Below, piece after piece: positions 1-13,429 of a stretch of 64,000 nucleotides of DNA (the stretch's first letter is position 1; each line of letters begins with the position of its first letter). The notes below the pieces were generated by a model, which saw only the letters and a list, made by a program, of their open reading frames with translations, ran no database searches and was not told the DNA's origin. The stretch comes from Dipteris shenzhenensis (taxonomy: Eukaryota), in assembly GCA_047967505.1 (NCBI GenBank), contig CM106538.1; one strand, written 5' to 3'. The position numbers and the translations under genes are program-made.

Positions 1-1177
1 TCACCCAAAAATCTAGACTTACCAAGCCCTCACTCCTAACTTATTTCCTTCTATTGCTAATCCTACCACCAAAGATTACCAAGTTGCTCAATCCATGTGC
101 TCAATTCTCCCTCCACTCCCCATATATATCCCTCCCACTATTTGCCACCTTCTACTATGAGCCCCCTTCCACATTGCTCCCCACGTCCCCACTTCTCTCC
201 ATGCACTGCCATCACTGCCACCCAACACCACATGAGAAGCCATCAATAGCAATGGACATGATCTTTGATTTTCAATATTGAGACCCGAATGATCCTAATT
301 GCACACCCATGTTTGATTCCACCAAAAGGAACTAACCCTAACCCTAAGGGGTTCACATGTATATCTTCATGTTCATGTTCAATACACTTATTGTACAGGT
401 AGCTATATCGTGTGCACTCCTCTTTGTCTTCCTCTCTCACTTCTGCTATCATGGTATGAGAGCACCAGGTGCTCCCACTCCCTTTGTGAGTATCAAGCCC
501 TCCTTGCATGAGGCATCTTCCATTGAGAGAAATTTCCATTAGAAAGAGTGAAAGCCCTTGCTTCACCAAGGCATAAGCCCTTACTTCGTCAAGGCACAAG
601 CCCTCTCTTTTGAGGCATCTCCGTTCCATCTCTGCCTCTTCTTGTAGAGCTCTTCTCCATCTTTGTTTTGGTTGAAAAAGCTCAAGAATCCACTTCTTAG
701 AGTTTGAGATATGATCATTTTATGAGATTGTGAGTGTTCAATTCCGTCAATTCTTTGCTCTTCATTTTGAGAGAGAGATTTCATGGTGAGAAAGAGCTTT
801 CATGAGCCCATTCTTTGTCTTGAAAAAGAGGAAGAGAGTTCTTGAGATTTCTTTATGAGGAAGCATAGGGACTCCTAGCCTTTTAGCTAATAAAAGTAAA
901 GGCTTGTGGAGATCTACAGCAAGCTCGGCTTCTTGAATAACAAATGTAGGATCTTCATCAACGTTCAAGCAGCTCCCTCGCTAGCTACACTATCTATAGC
1001 CTCTATAGCCTGGTGACCTTCATAGAGCCCTCTTAGCAACTTGGCACTTTCCAATAGCCATAGTCCGATGAACCCCCTCCAGAGTCCAAATGTGCTCTTG
1101 CCCTTGACCTCTTTAACGACCAACTTCTGTGAATATTGCTCCAACTAGCCAATGCCTCAACCTCCTGCAAACAATGA
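1..1177 (+). repeat. Diverged inverted copy of 20392-21775 (unclassified segment plus LTR-like segment)
   Basis: 1-326 is the reverse complement of ~21470-21775, and ~332-1177 is the reverse complement of ~20392-21195. Confidence 0.85.
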
Positions 1178-4100
1178 GATGACTCACATTTACAAGACAA
1201 CCATCCATTTCCAATCCAAGGCATTAGTGACGTATCAATTTAGCTTCCAAATGGTGACATCAAATTCATTGTAATGTGTCATATGTGTTGGGACTTGCAA
1301 TGAATTTACTATTAATTCTACAATGTGTTGATCAAAAGATTTAGACTTTTTTCGATGACAAGTTATCTTTTTCACAAAAGATGGAACCACTAGACATGGA
1401 TTAAGGGATCTCAATTGTTAAAATAAAAAGTTGGTATCCAAGGGATACAAAGTATGTATGCTTGCACATACTAACTCTTAAACGTGGCACCCAAGATTTG
1501 GTCATCTTCACTTTAGAGCCATGTAGTTGCTCCGAGATCATCAACATCCATGAAATGAAATCAACCTAAGGTCGATTTGGAAACTCAAACTATGCTTTGA
1601 ATCTATTTGTATGTTTTAATGAGCATCAAATTGACCTAGTATGCCCGATTTGTAGATTAAACCCTTGGCACGGATTGAAGCTAAGCCTGCAGATATGTCT
1701 GAGGATGATTGGAATGAGTTGGATTGCAGAGTCAGTTTATTTCACAATAGTAAATGAGCAGACTACGGAAGATTTGTGGAAGAAATTGTGTGCCACTTAT
1801 GAGAAAGAAACTGCCTCTAATAAAATTTACCTCATGAAGAGGTTGTTTGAGCTATAGAAGAAGGAAGGGGTCTCCATTGCTTCTCACTTGAATGAATTCA
1901 ATATTATTTTCAGCCAGCTTTAGGCTCAAAAGATGAATTTTGATGTGGAGACTAAGGCAATATTTCTCTTATGTTCATTGCCATCCTCATGGGATACCTT
2001 CCGTACAGTCGTGTCATTAACTCTACACCTGGTGGAGTACTAAAGTTTGATGATGTTGTGGGTAGCTTGTTGGCCGAGGAGATTAGACGGAAGTCTATGG
2101 ATGGCAACAAGCAGGATGCAGCCTTAAATGTACAAAGGGGTAGATCACAGTTTAGGGGGAAATCCCAAGAAAGAGGGAAGTTTCGTAGCAAATCTAGGGC
2201 ATGGAACATTGAGTGTTACCATTGTGGCAAGAAGGGCCATATGAAAAAGGATCGCTACAAGCTGAAAAGAGAGCAAAAGGATAAGAAAAAGAATGTAAAT
2301 TGGGGTGCAAATAAGAAGGAAGAGAGTTCAAGGGAGGACAAAGGAAAAATGAAGATCAAGCAGATTAATGCAGTCACTGATGACAGTGACAATGACATAC
2401 TCTTCATGTCTAGTCTACCTGCAGACTTGTTTACCACTTCAGATGATGCATATTCCCAGGATTGGATTTTGGATTCTGGTACTTCATTCCATGTTACTCC
2501 CCATAGAGAATGATTCTCCACTTATGACAATGGAAAGACAGGTTCTGTGCATCTTGGAAATAACTATGCATGTGACATAGTGGGAGCAAGTGACATAAAG
2601 TTTTCTTTTGCAAATGAGTCTGCATTTGTTTTGAAAAATGTAAGACATGTGCCTAAGTTGATCAAGAGTCTTATTTCAGTGGGTCAGCTAGATGATGCTA
2701 GTTTTTAGACCACTTTTGGCTTTTGGAGTTGGAAAATTCAGAAGGGCTCTATGGTTTTGGCCAGGGGTGCCAAGTGTGGGACATTTGGGTTATGTACCGC
2801 ATTTGAGTTTTTCTGATTTTGAATTTTGTGAGCACTGCGAAGCAAACTAAATCATTCCCATAAAAGAAGGGGAAAGAAAGAGCTTGAAAGGCTTGATTTG
2901 GTGCATTCAGATGTATGTGGTCCCATGCCTACATGGTCATTAGGTGGGGCTGAATACTATGTGACATTCATTGATGATGCAACTAGGAAAGTGTGGGCTT
3001 ATGCTATAGCTCAAAAGAGCAATGTATTTTAGGTATTTCAAAAATGGTTGGCTTCGGCTGAAAATCAGTCAGGTAGAATGCTTAAATGCCTACAGACTGA
3101 TAATGGTGGAGAGTATATCGCTCATGACTTTCAGCATTTTTGTGATACATGTGGGATTAAGAGGGAGCTCACATCCCCTTGTACTCCAAAGCAGAATCCA
3201 ATTGTAGAACAGATGAACTGCACCATTCAGGAAAGTTTGCAATGTATGCTTTCCAATGAAAGTCTTTCTGGTGGTTTTTGGACTGAGGCAATGAAGACTG
3301 CAGTGCATGTGATCAATAGATCACCTAGCAGTAGTTTGGATGGTGGTATTCCTGAAGAGACATGGAGTGGCAAGAAGCCCTCTTACTCTCATTTTTGTAT
3401 ATTTGGGTGTGAGGCATATGCACGTGTGCCAAAAGAGCTTCGGAAGAAGCTAGATCCTAAGTCTAGGAAATGCATCTTTTTGGGTTATGGTGAAAGTGAA
3501 GAGATGGACTATCGTCTCTGGGATCCAGAAGCAAAGAAAATCATACGAATCCATGATGTGGTCTTCAATGAGAAGAAGATGCATAAGACACCCATGAGGG
3601 ATGTGGAAATGAGGAGAATCACTTTCTAGGATGTGAATCCACCTGCATATGTTGATAGACAGCAAAGCTGTCCATGCACCAAATGTGTAGGAAATGGTGC
3701 CACCAGGTATTCCCATAGGTATGCAATCAAGGGCAGATGATGGATCATCTATTAGTGGCAATGATGAGCCAAATGTGGCTGATATGCAGGCGGGAAAGCA
3801 AGCTAAAATGCCCTTGAGAAGAACATCTAGAGTGTCTAGGCCACCTGAGAGATTTGTTCCAGGGCTAGACTATGTGATGCTTACTGATTTCGGGGAGACT
3901 TCTTGCTACAGAGAGGCTATGATGCACGAGGATCAATGCAAGTGGGAGTATGCTATGCAATCAAAGATAAGTTCACTCATAAAGAATAAGACTTGGGACT
4001 TGGTTTCTTTGCCACATGGAAAGAAAGCATTGCCATGTAAATGGGTCTACAAGATGAAGGTCACAGAAGATGATGTGCCTAAGTACAAGGCCCATTTGGT

Positions 4101-4352
4101 TGCTAAAGGGTTCAAGCAAGAGAAGGGTGTGGACTTTGATGAGATATTCTCTCTAATTGTGAAGATGACCACACTTAAATGTGTACTTGGACTTGTGGCA
4201 ATAGAGGATATGGAGCTTATGCAAATGGATGTCAAGATAGCTTTCTTGCATGGGGATTTGCATGAGGAAATTTACGTGATACAGCCAGAAGGCTTTGAAG
4301 AAAAGGGCAAAGGGCATTTGGTTTGCAAGCTAAAAAAGAGTCTCTATGGCCT

Positions 4353-7027
4353 TCTTGGGATATCTCAAGGTGTATGCCTCAGGCACACCTTATGTTTCTA
4401 TGTGTGAGTGCTAGAGGCACAGTTAGGTGTCCACAAGCACAATTAGGTGATGGAGAGCCACATAGGATGATTGAGAGAATCTAGGAGCAGATTGAGGAGA
4501 TGATTGTGGAGCTCTGAAGTCATCAGTGATGTCAATGAGCATGTATGAGGTGCCTACTTATTAAGGACCTCACTCTTCTTCATTCTATAAGCAAGTAATG
4601 CAAGTATTCTGAGTTTGTGTCCACTCTTTGCTTTCCTTTCAGCCTTCCAACATGGTATCAGAGCCCTTTGATCCCCCTTGAGCCCATTTCTGCCACATCA
4701 TCTTCTTCTTCTTCATCTTCTTCTTCTTCATCTTCTTCTTCTCCATTTTCCTCTTTCTTCCCAAAATCTTTGAGAGCTTGGTTCTCCACCTACAGACGAC
4801 CATTGCCCAAACCCTCTGAGCTAGAAACTCCTCTAGTATGGGCGAACTTCCACCTGCAAGCAATTGAAGAAAAAACGTCTGTGGTGGCTGCCATTCTCCA
4901 AAGAGCAAATTTCTTCTGTTGCTCAATACTCCCTGCCTGCTCTGCCATTGCCTGAGCCCTCTTAAGAGTAGATGGGTGACCTCAAGACAAAGATTTTGAG
5001 CCATTTTTCAAGTCATTTGGTTCAGTAACGAGGGAGAAATCGTCAAAACTCAGTTTTAACCTGTAATAACTCTCTCGGGCAAAAGTGCACACCATTTCGT
5101 CCAACCTCTATGCTGGACCCTCTCTGGTATATGAGCTTTCTTTTGCTTCAGAAATCCCTCTTTTCCTTGCTTTGAAGAGTGAGCTACAAGCCCTCCAAGT
5201 TCAGCTTTTCAGTTTTGACAGTTTTGGACAAGTTTTTGAAGATGATGCTACATAAAATGCTACTCTAGCATTTCTGGTTTTTTGAAGCTTTCAATAACTT
5301 CAGTACAAGTGTGGCTTCAGTTTTGTTTTGAATTACTAGACCTGGTTTTGATTGGAAAGTATTTATTTCACCCACTTCTATGAAGCATGTAAGAAGAAGC
5401 ATCATTGTTTGAATATTGGTCACTAGTCTTTGCTACATCAAGTGCTCATATTTTGGAAGTCTTTCAGTTATTTTTGCCTTGTAAGAGAGATAGACACTGC
5501 CCAATATCTGGGTTAGACCCTCTCATGGCTACCCTATTTAATCTCGAGAAGTTCAATGGAAAGGGCTTCCACACATGGCAGATGAAGGTGAAATTTGCAT
5601 TGATGAGGGAGAACTTATGGGGACTTGTCAAACCTACTCCTACCGCTTCTTCTACGGCCTCCAATGCTGGAGAATCCTCAACTCCGACACGACCGGCAAG
5701 GGATCCAGCTAGAGAAGAAAAAGCATACGGTATCATTGCTCTTGCTTTAGGAGATGATTATATTCACCATATCTCTGACTTGGAGTCTCCTTCAGAAGCT
5801 TGGCAGAAGCTTGACATGATTTTTGGTGCTAGCTCTCACATCTCTAAACTATCACTTAAAATCTCTTTCTTTGAATTGAAGATGGCTAGTGGTACTACTT
5901 TGGCAACTCATGTCAACTATATGCGGAGTCTTATGACTCAGCTTGCTTCTATCAACTCTCCTATTACTCCAGATGATGCTATGGCAGTGTTACTTAAGAG
6001 TATGCCTGAAGATTATGATCACATAGTTACCACTTTGAAAAATCTTCCTAATCCTAATATTGAAGGTATTATCTCTGCTCTCCAAGAAGAAGAAAGGCAT
6101 ATGGAGCTCAGGAAAGGCAATGACACTGTTTATGCTGTAAAAGTCCAGAAGGGCAAGTATACCCCTTGCAATCACTGTGGAAAGACAAATCACCTTTCTA
6201 AGGACTGCTTCAAAATTAATCCATGCAAGCACTGTGGCAAGAACAACCATAATGAGAAGTTTTGTAGAGCCAAAGCAAAGACAGAAAATGCAAATCTACT
6301 TTCAATTGATAAGCCTCCACAAGATGAGGCATCCTTTGAAGATTATGCATTTTAAAACATCTCTATGTATGCTCCAGATCTCTCTTTTTATGTCAAGGTA
6401 CTCAGCCTGGATAGTCCTCCAAAATGAATGAAATAAACTATTGTGTTTTTGTGTGTTTTGTAAACACCTCTGGTCACCTTATGATGTAGGCCATGTGTAT
6501 GTTTTGCTCCATGGTACCTCCTGCAGACATTGTGTGCATGTACATGCAGGGGAGATAACCATTGGAAGGTCTTTTTGTATCCCTTTTTGTTTACCTTACA
6601 CCCAAGGGAACCCTTGCTAGCATGAGAACCTAGCCATAGATTAATCCTTGACCACCATGAGATGGCATGAGAAACTATGAGACTAGATGTATCCTTGACA
6701 TAGCCTGAGGCATTCCCTTGAGGGGGGGTTTGTTGGGATATCTCAAGGTGTATGCCTCAGGCACACCTTATGTTTCTATGTGTGAGTGCTAGAGGCACAG
6801 TTAGGTGCCCACAAGCATAGTTAGGTGGTGGAGAGCCACATAGGATGATTGAGAGAATCTAGGAGCAGATTGAGGAGATGATTATGGAGCTCTGAAGTCA
6901 TCAGTGATGTCAGTGAGCATGTATGAGGTGCCTACTTGAGGACCTCACTCTTCTTCATTCTATAAGCAAGTAATGCAAGTATTCTGAGTTTGTGTCCACT
7001 CTTTGCTTTCCTTTCAGCCTTCCAACA
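4353..7027 (+). mobile_element. Complete non-autonomous gag-only LTR retrotransposon (TR-GAG-like); LTRs 4353-4652 and 6731-7027
   Basis: ~300 bp LTRs differing by about 8 substitutions and one 3-bp indel by eye. 5-bp TSD GGCCT (4348-4352 and 7028-7032), PBS TGGTATCAGAGCC (tRNA-iMet) at 4653, PPT GAGGGGGGG at ~6720. Removing it restores SLYGL|KEVPREWY in the host RT. Confidence 0.93.
5525..6355 (+). CDS. Intact Copia-type Gag with two CX2CX4HX4C knuckles
   Basis: MATLFNLEKFNGKGFHTWQMKVK...LLKSMPEDY...CNHCGKTNHLSKDC...CKHCGKNNHNEKFC; open frame with no pol downstream. Confidence 0.85.
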   Translation: MATLFNLEKFNGKGFHTWQMKVKFALMRENLWGLVKPTPTASSTASNAGESSTPTRPARDPAREEKAYGIIALALGDDYIHHISDLESPSEAWQKLDMIFGASSHISKLSLKISFFELKMASGTTLATHVNYMRSLMTQLASINSPITPDDAMAVLLKSMPEDYDHIVTTLKNLPNPNIEGIISALQEEERHMELRKGNDTVYAVKVQKGKYTPCNHCGKTNHLSKDCFKINPCKHCGKNNHNEKFCRAKAKTENANLLSIDKPPQDEASFEDYAF

Positions 7028-8204
7028 GGCCTTAAGGAAGTGCCTAGAGAATGGTATCACAAGTTTGATGCTTTCATTCAGTCCCAGGGTTTCAAAAGAA
7101 GTGAGATTGATCACTGCCTCTACACGAAAAGGGCTCATGATAATAGCCTGATACTCCTAGCACTTTATGTGGATGATATGTTATTGGCTAGCAAGAACAC
7201 TTATGAGCTTGATGCATTGAAGGCCAAGTTGCATGAGGCCTTTGACATGAAAGATTTGGGACCTGCAGGACATATTCTTGGTATGCGCATCACGTGTGAC
7301 CGGAGTAGGAAACTCCTTTGGCTTTCACTGAAGGAGTATGTTACAAAAGTGTTGCAGCATTTCAATATGGAGGGGGGGAAGGCAATAGGTACTCCATTGC
7401 CTCCATATGTGAAATTGAGTTAAGTAGATAGTCCCAAATTAGATGAGGAGAGGGCCATGATGGCCAAGGTTCCATATGCATCAGTGCTTGGGAGTCTTAT
7501 GTATGCTATGATAGCTACTAGACTGGACATTGCATTTGCAGTGGGAGTTGTTAGTTGATATGTGGCTAATCTAGGAAAGAGGCATTGGGAGGCAGTTAAG
7601 TGCATCATGAGGTACATGAAGGGTACCACAACGAGGTGTGTATTTGCTTTGGCAAAGGAGAGATGCGTGTATTTGGGTACACAGATTCCGACTATGCAGG
7701 GCATGTGGATAGCAAGAGATCCACTTCTAGTTATGTGTTCACCTTTGCAGGTCACATAGTGTCGTGGATGTCTCATGCACAGAAGTGCATTGCTTTGTCT
7801 ACCACAGAGGCTGAGTATGTTGTAGCCACAGAGGGTTGCAAGGAGGCTATATGGCTTGATTGGCTAGTGAGAGATTTGGGGACTCATACAAGTGTACCGA
7901 CATTGCATAGTGATTCCATGAGTGCTATTCAGCTAGCACAAAATCTGGTCTTTCATGCAAAGACCAAACACATTGAGGTCAGGTACCATTTTATCAGGGA
8001 GGTACTTGAGGACAAGTGCATAGAGCTTGTCAAGGTTCATACAGATGATAACCCTACGGATATGTTGAGTATTGTCGTGTATTAATGGGCATTGGATAGT
8101 ATACTCATTGGTTGTTCTCCCTTAAAGGCACATTGGCCTTTAAGTGGCAGGTTGTGGGGGTTAAAGGCCATTGTACCTTAACCCCAGTTATGTACAATAC
8201 TCAA

Positions 8205-8240
<36 letters not shown>

Positions 8241-8999
8241 GGATGAAATAGAAGATTAGGGTGTTCTGCATCCACCATAAACTTGTGTCTGTCAAGCTCC
8301 CTCTCTCCCTCTCAGCTTTCATTGTGTCCTCATAGTTCTAAAGCCAACTATAAGCTAGGGCCACCCGCGACACATTGAAACGTGCAAACAGGCTCCTAAT
8401 GAACTACAGTGGCAATCAACAGAGGAGGAGATATGTTGATGGAATCTTTGAAAATTTCGGCATATCTCATAAAGATTCTGATGGCTTGGCATGTTAGTCC
8501 ACATGGAGGAAAACCCTATCTTTACCACAGCCACACACATAGGGTTGGTTACCCATTTGACACATGGCATCCTATCCTCTTATCCTCTTGCCACATCATC
8601 AGGGGTCGTCTACCTTTATTATTGTGTTGGTTGTAATTGTTGCGGCGGAAAAAGAAATTATCCCCATTTACCCTAGGTCGAGGTCACCATCATCACCGAT
8701 AGTGATCTGCCATGTTGTGATATAGGATGACGAGTGGTATGACCTAGAGACATGTGTGCCTTGGGCACCCATATGAAGCTATTGCCCTGATATAATCCTT
8801 GAGCTTCCAATAACCACTTTGGTACCCACCTGTAATGGTGCTTTTAAAGACCCTTTGTTGGTTGGTACCTTCCTCCTCGGGCAAGCAACTATAGCTTTCA
8901 TGAACAGGAGAGTGGAGAGGCAGGACCGTACTCTGACTTTTTATTAGCATGGTCTGAGAGGTAGAAGTAGAGACTGTATCATTTGGGGAGCCAATACGA

Positions 9000-10804
9000 G
9001 TGCTTGCCCTTCTATGCGCTCAGTGTAGCTGGGATCGGTCATCAGCCTTAATTAGTGTAGCTGCAATTGGCCTTACGGTAGAGTTGATGGTCAATGAGGA
9101 AGTCATTGTTGGGACCGTTGGGATCATAGACTACTTGTTGGCCTTTCTCACTATAGGGGATGTTGGAATGGAAGTCTTGTCATCGATTGAGACCACCGAT
9201 GTGTGGCCATTGTTAGTTAGGGTAGCCATTCGTTCCCACAAATCAATTTGGCAATTGACTACCCAACACCAAGTCCTTCCTAGAATGACTTGTTCATCCA
9301 TGGCACCTGCTGGCATAACATAAAATTGACTCACCACACAATGGTTATTGACAAAGGTATTTCAATATAGTCGATAGTAGGGAAATTTTTCCATTTACCA
9401 CATGAACCAGAACAGGTGTGGGTTCAAGAGTCACCTTGAAGGTTAGGAGCTGAGTATGCATGTCATATAAGATCAAGTTCTGGCTAGCACCCAGATAAAT
9501 AAAGGCATCAGCCAAGCATATTGCTTCCCTGCACAATGAAAAATTGGCTTGCACCCTCATGGAGGCAATTGTTTGGTTCTCCATGGGTTGACCCTTCCAC
9601 AGATGCCTTATAAATTGATAGAAGCCCTAAATTTTTTGCTTTTGCCTAGCATGCTCTAGCTTCTTCTAATGCTTGTTGCTTCATCCGAGCAACCTCCAAT
9701 TTTAGGTCCTTTTCTCAATGGATGGCTTGTAACATTTGCAATGTTAAAGGGCCATAGTAATGCTTTAGCTTACTACCATTAATGTAGCCATCCATCTCAG
9801 TAACATTAAGGGTTGCAATTCTATAGGACCACTGAGGTGTAATCTCTACAACTCGTTAGTGTCTCTGGGCGAGATGACCCTCCTTCAAGTCCTTATTGTG
9901 CAAGTTGCAGTCAAACCATTTCTTGTGGCATAGCTTTTCTAGTTTTATGCCATAAGCGGCCCTTAGCCTTGTTTCATGAAGCTTTTCAAGCTCAACTAAT
10001 CTCTCTAGATTTCGTCGGATATTCAATCCCTAACCGCAACTTTGAGGCTTGGCACAATAAATCCCATGGGCATAACTAGGCTCTACCCCAAATGCTAGGC
10101 TAAAAGGTGTGTAGTTCGTTTGCCACTTTGTAGGCCGTTTGGTAGGCCCATAGTGCTGCAGTGAGTTTGTGCCCCTAGTCATTGCCGACCTTAACCGTGC
10201 ATGCCATAATTTGGCACAAAAACTTATTTGAGCTCTTGGCCTGACCATTTTCTTGGGGGTAATATGGAGTGGACTTTCGATGAAGTTCGCTCATCAATAT
10301 TTGAATTGTATCATTCACGAAGTGCGTTCCTCGATCACTCACAATATCAAGTGGAAGGCCAAAGCATGATATTATGTTTTTGTATAGGGACTTTTGGTGG
10401 CCTTCACATCCACTTTCCTTGTGGACTTGGCCTTTACCCATTTGGTGAAGTAGTCTGGCCATTATAATGTAATGGGCCTAAGTCTCTTTAGCGCGGCAGG
10501 GCTGATTAGACCACCAAAATCTATACCCCACTTTTCAAAGGGCTGGACAGTGAAAACTTTGGTCAAAGGCATGTAGTCTTGGCTATGTGGTATGGAGACC
10601 TGTTGGCACGGATCACATCATTTGACGAACTTGGCGGCATCCACGAAGAGCATTGGCCACCATAATCTAGCTCGTAGCACCTTATAGGCCATAAGCTCTC
10701 CTGTAAAGTGGCCACCAACAATGCCAAAATGAGCTTCTTCTAGGAATTCCACAAGCTCATCTTCCCAGACACATCCACATATAATACTATCTTTTCCCAT
10801 TCGA
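9000..10804 (-). mobile_element. Degenerate Ty3/Gypsy integrase followed by an aspartic-protease-like segment
   Basis: EEAHFGIVGGHF...LWWP, PFEKWV*IL, IVSDRGTHF, STPYYPQENGQAKSSNK and INGSKLKHY. Downstream ADAFIYLGASQNLI and VILGRTWCW are protease-like. Confidence 0.75.
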
Positions 10805-10810
10805 TAGAGT

Positions 10811-10859
<49 letters not shown>

Positions 10860-13200
10860 GGGAATGTCAAGATTGCAGGGTAGATATTCTAGGGTGGAGG
10901 CTTAACAAGCTCGAGAAGATGTGTAGTCATTAAGAAATTAATGGATACTTGAAGCACTCTAGTCCATGCCATGAAATTATATACAATGGGGTGGTAATTG
11001 AGGGATAGGATATTCATGTCGACTTCCAAAACTATATTTTTGTGAAATACACCATTAGTAGGAGTGGATGGGCTTGGATGGTTGTGTGGTGGAAGGCCTC
11101 ATTTAGGTTGTGCAGTGTGAGAGTGTTTTTAAAAAGGATATTGTGTGGAAGAAGGGTGGTGGCTAGTGTGTGCAAGAAGTAAGTGTAGGTGTCGTGAACG
11201 GTGCATGAGGTGAAACAGAGTGTGGAGGCACAAGACAATGTATCTTGAAACCTTTCGATGAGAAGACCTGGTGCTTTGTTCTAGAGGGGATGAAGTCCTA
11301 GCTACCTGTATGTCCACTTGGAGCGCCAATACTTATTGTTCTCTTTGCTAGGTAGTTGCATGTACTCTATCAACACGGCCTATTGTTGTACTTGGAGTTC
11401 TAGCACTCTTTTCTCATTCGTGAGTCTGGCATGTTGCTAATCCATTGTGGCTTGTTGTTGCAATGCCTCAAAATCCACCTAGAGGGTGTCTGTGCAAGAA
11501 TGCTCTATAGTCAGGGCTACTTGGTTCTACTGCAGCTCTAGTTCTAGCTTCTTGGCAATCTCAATTGCTTGTAGCCCACTGGCCTCTACGATTAGGTGAT
11601 TGGATTTATCTTTCTAAAGGGAAGCCTCTCTCTGCCGAAGTCTACATGTGGTCTAAACGGCCCCTATGTATTGGCACATGGAGGATTCTTGATGCCCATG
11701 GAGAACATTCTATGCAACAGCTGTGAGGGCGGTGATAGATTGCATAAATGCCATCTCCTTTGCATCAACATCTCTATCCTCCCTTATTAGATTTCGGTAT
11801 CCTTCAGCAAAGTGTAGGCATTGGACATACAATATCCCATTGCCTGCTAATACACATTTGGAAGGAATGGGCTTTGGAGAGGTGGTCAATAATATCTTCC
11901 CCTTGGCCGATTGGTCTTATCAACTTCTGCTCTCGTCGTCGTCAACATTCAAGTGTCTCTGTAATTTTTTTTGTTCCTCCTATGCATGGAGCTGTTGAAG
12001 TTCTATCTGCTCCTGGAGAAGATCTTGTTTTTGCTTTTTTGCCTCCTCTCTTTGTCAATAGGCTTCTTCTTCTTCTTGGAACTTGCATGCTATGTCATCT
12101 TGTGCTTTCTAGCCTTGCTCCTCTATTTCCTTGGCGAGGGCTTTGTGGGTGTGGACTTGGTGGAGGGGCTTGAGAGTAAACCAATGTCTTAGTTTGCATC
12201 ACCGTAGCCTTCCAGGATGAGGTCATCAGAGAGGTGATGGATGATCGGCATTAAGAACATCGGGTTTCCAATATTTTTGCTGCCACGGATGCAGATGTTG
12301 AGTATCTCCTCATAGAAATAGTCGGCACAGTTTGTTTCTTTGGGCTTGATGAGATGTGCTAGGAAGTTGGGGAGTACAACACTATGGTGTTCTATCAATT
12401 GAATCTAGACGAGCAGTGTGATTGCCCGAGCTACCTTGGCTAGTGTTGATTCTTAGGCTTATTCTCAATAAGGCTAGTGGGTACCCCTCCCCAATGTATC
12501 TTTGAGTTGTAGGGGACCACCATTGCCAATCACTTTTCCATTGCCAGCAGCATTGCAAAAGGTTGGGAGATTGCTACGAGGTTGAATGCACGCTGGACAA
12601 TTTCTACCGTAAACCAATAGTAATGATACTTAGCATCAGCATGTAGCTAGCTTTGTGGTGCATGTCCCCTTATTGTAACAATCAATAAATTCTATGACCT
12701 GGTGGAGGTTGAGGTGGCATGGAAACCGGTCTGCTACTACTAACTACAAGCCAATTGATCAGATGTAGGGCACCACATTTGGTTCTTAGAGTGCCTGGTA
12801 TGCTACGGCATTATGGTAATACAGTATATAGTCCTTGGCATTGCACTTAAACTATGAATGTAGTACAACTCCCTAGAGTTGTTCAAGTTGTTGTTGGTTA
12901 AGAGATGAAAACCACATAACTTGCACTGCATGTTTGAAAAAGCTTTGTATGTTCGTAGTGTCCTGAATGCAACATTTGCAGAGTGAGTGCAGAGTGGAGT
13001 GTAGAGCCAAGGATTCGAGTTCCTAAAATTGCTCTTGCTCCATTTGGCCAGGTAGTGGCACAAAGATCGTACATGGTGTGCCTGAGTGAGGAAGGGCCAA
13101 TGCAATTTCACCAATGAGTTCCTCGACGGAGAAGAGGTCATGAGCACTTAGGGAGTGCAAAGAGATGGTGGACATGTAGATTGAGGAGGGATAGAAGTGA
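10860..13200 (-). mobile_element. Probable retroelement accessory-ORF remnant (K-rich/coiled-coil, heavily decayed)
   Basis: Broken minus-strand frames (e.g. 12189-12398) with a K/R-rich stretch and coiled-coil character, bounded by (GA)n at 10815 and the CA-rich tract at 13232. No diagnostic domain seen. Confidence 0.3.
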
Positions 13201-13429
13201 CTGTGGGAACGTTTGGAGGCTGTGGGAATTTGACACACACCCACATACACACACACACATGCACGCATGCACACACACACATACACACACATGCACACAC
13301 ACATCCACACATGCACACACACACGCGCACACACACCCACATGCACACACCCACATGCACGCACACGCACACACGCACATGCATGTGAGCATGCACATAT
13401 GCACATGCACACATGCACACATGCACACA

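Larger units (their letters stand above)
1680..8062 (+). mobile_element. Degenerate Ty1/Copia gag-pol (gag, PR, INT, RT, RH), split by a nested element and truncated at the 3' end
   Basis: Zinc knuckle CYHCGKKGH, WILDSGTSFH protease, LVHSDVCGP and LQTDNGGEY integrase, QMDVKIAFLHG, LYVDDML, YTDSDYAG, TKHIEVRYHFIRE, in Copia domain order. Many stops. Confidence 0.92.

Noticed and set aside
333-347. Telomere-like AACCCTAACCCTAA (also rc at ~17083 and ~21183)
   Set aside because: Only two units and part of a dispersed LTR-like repeat, not an interstitial telomere array.
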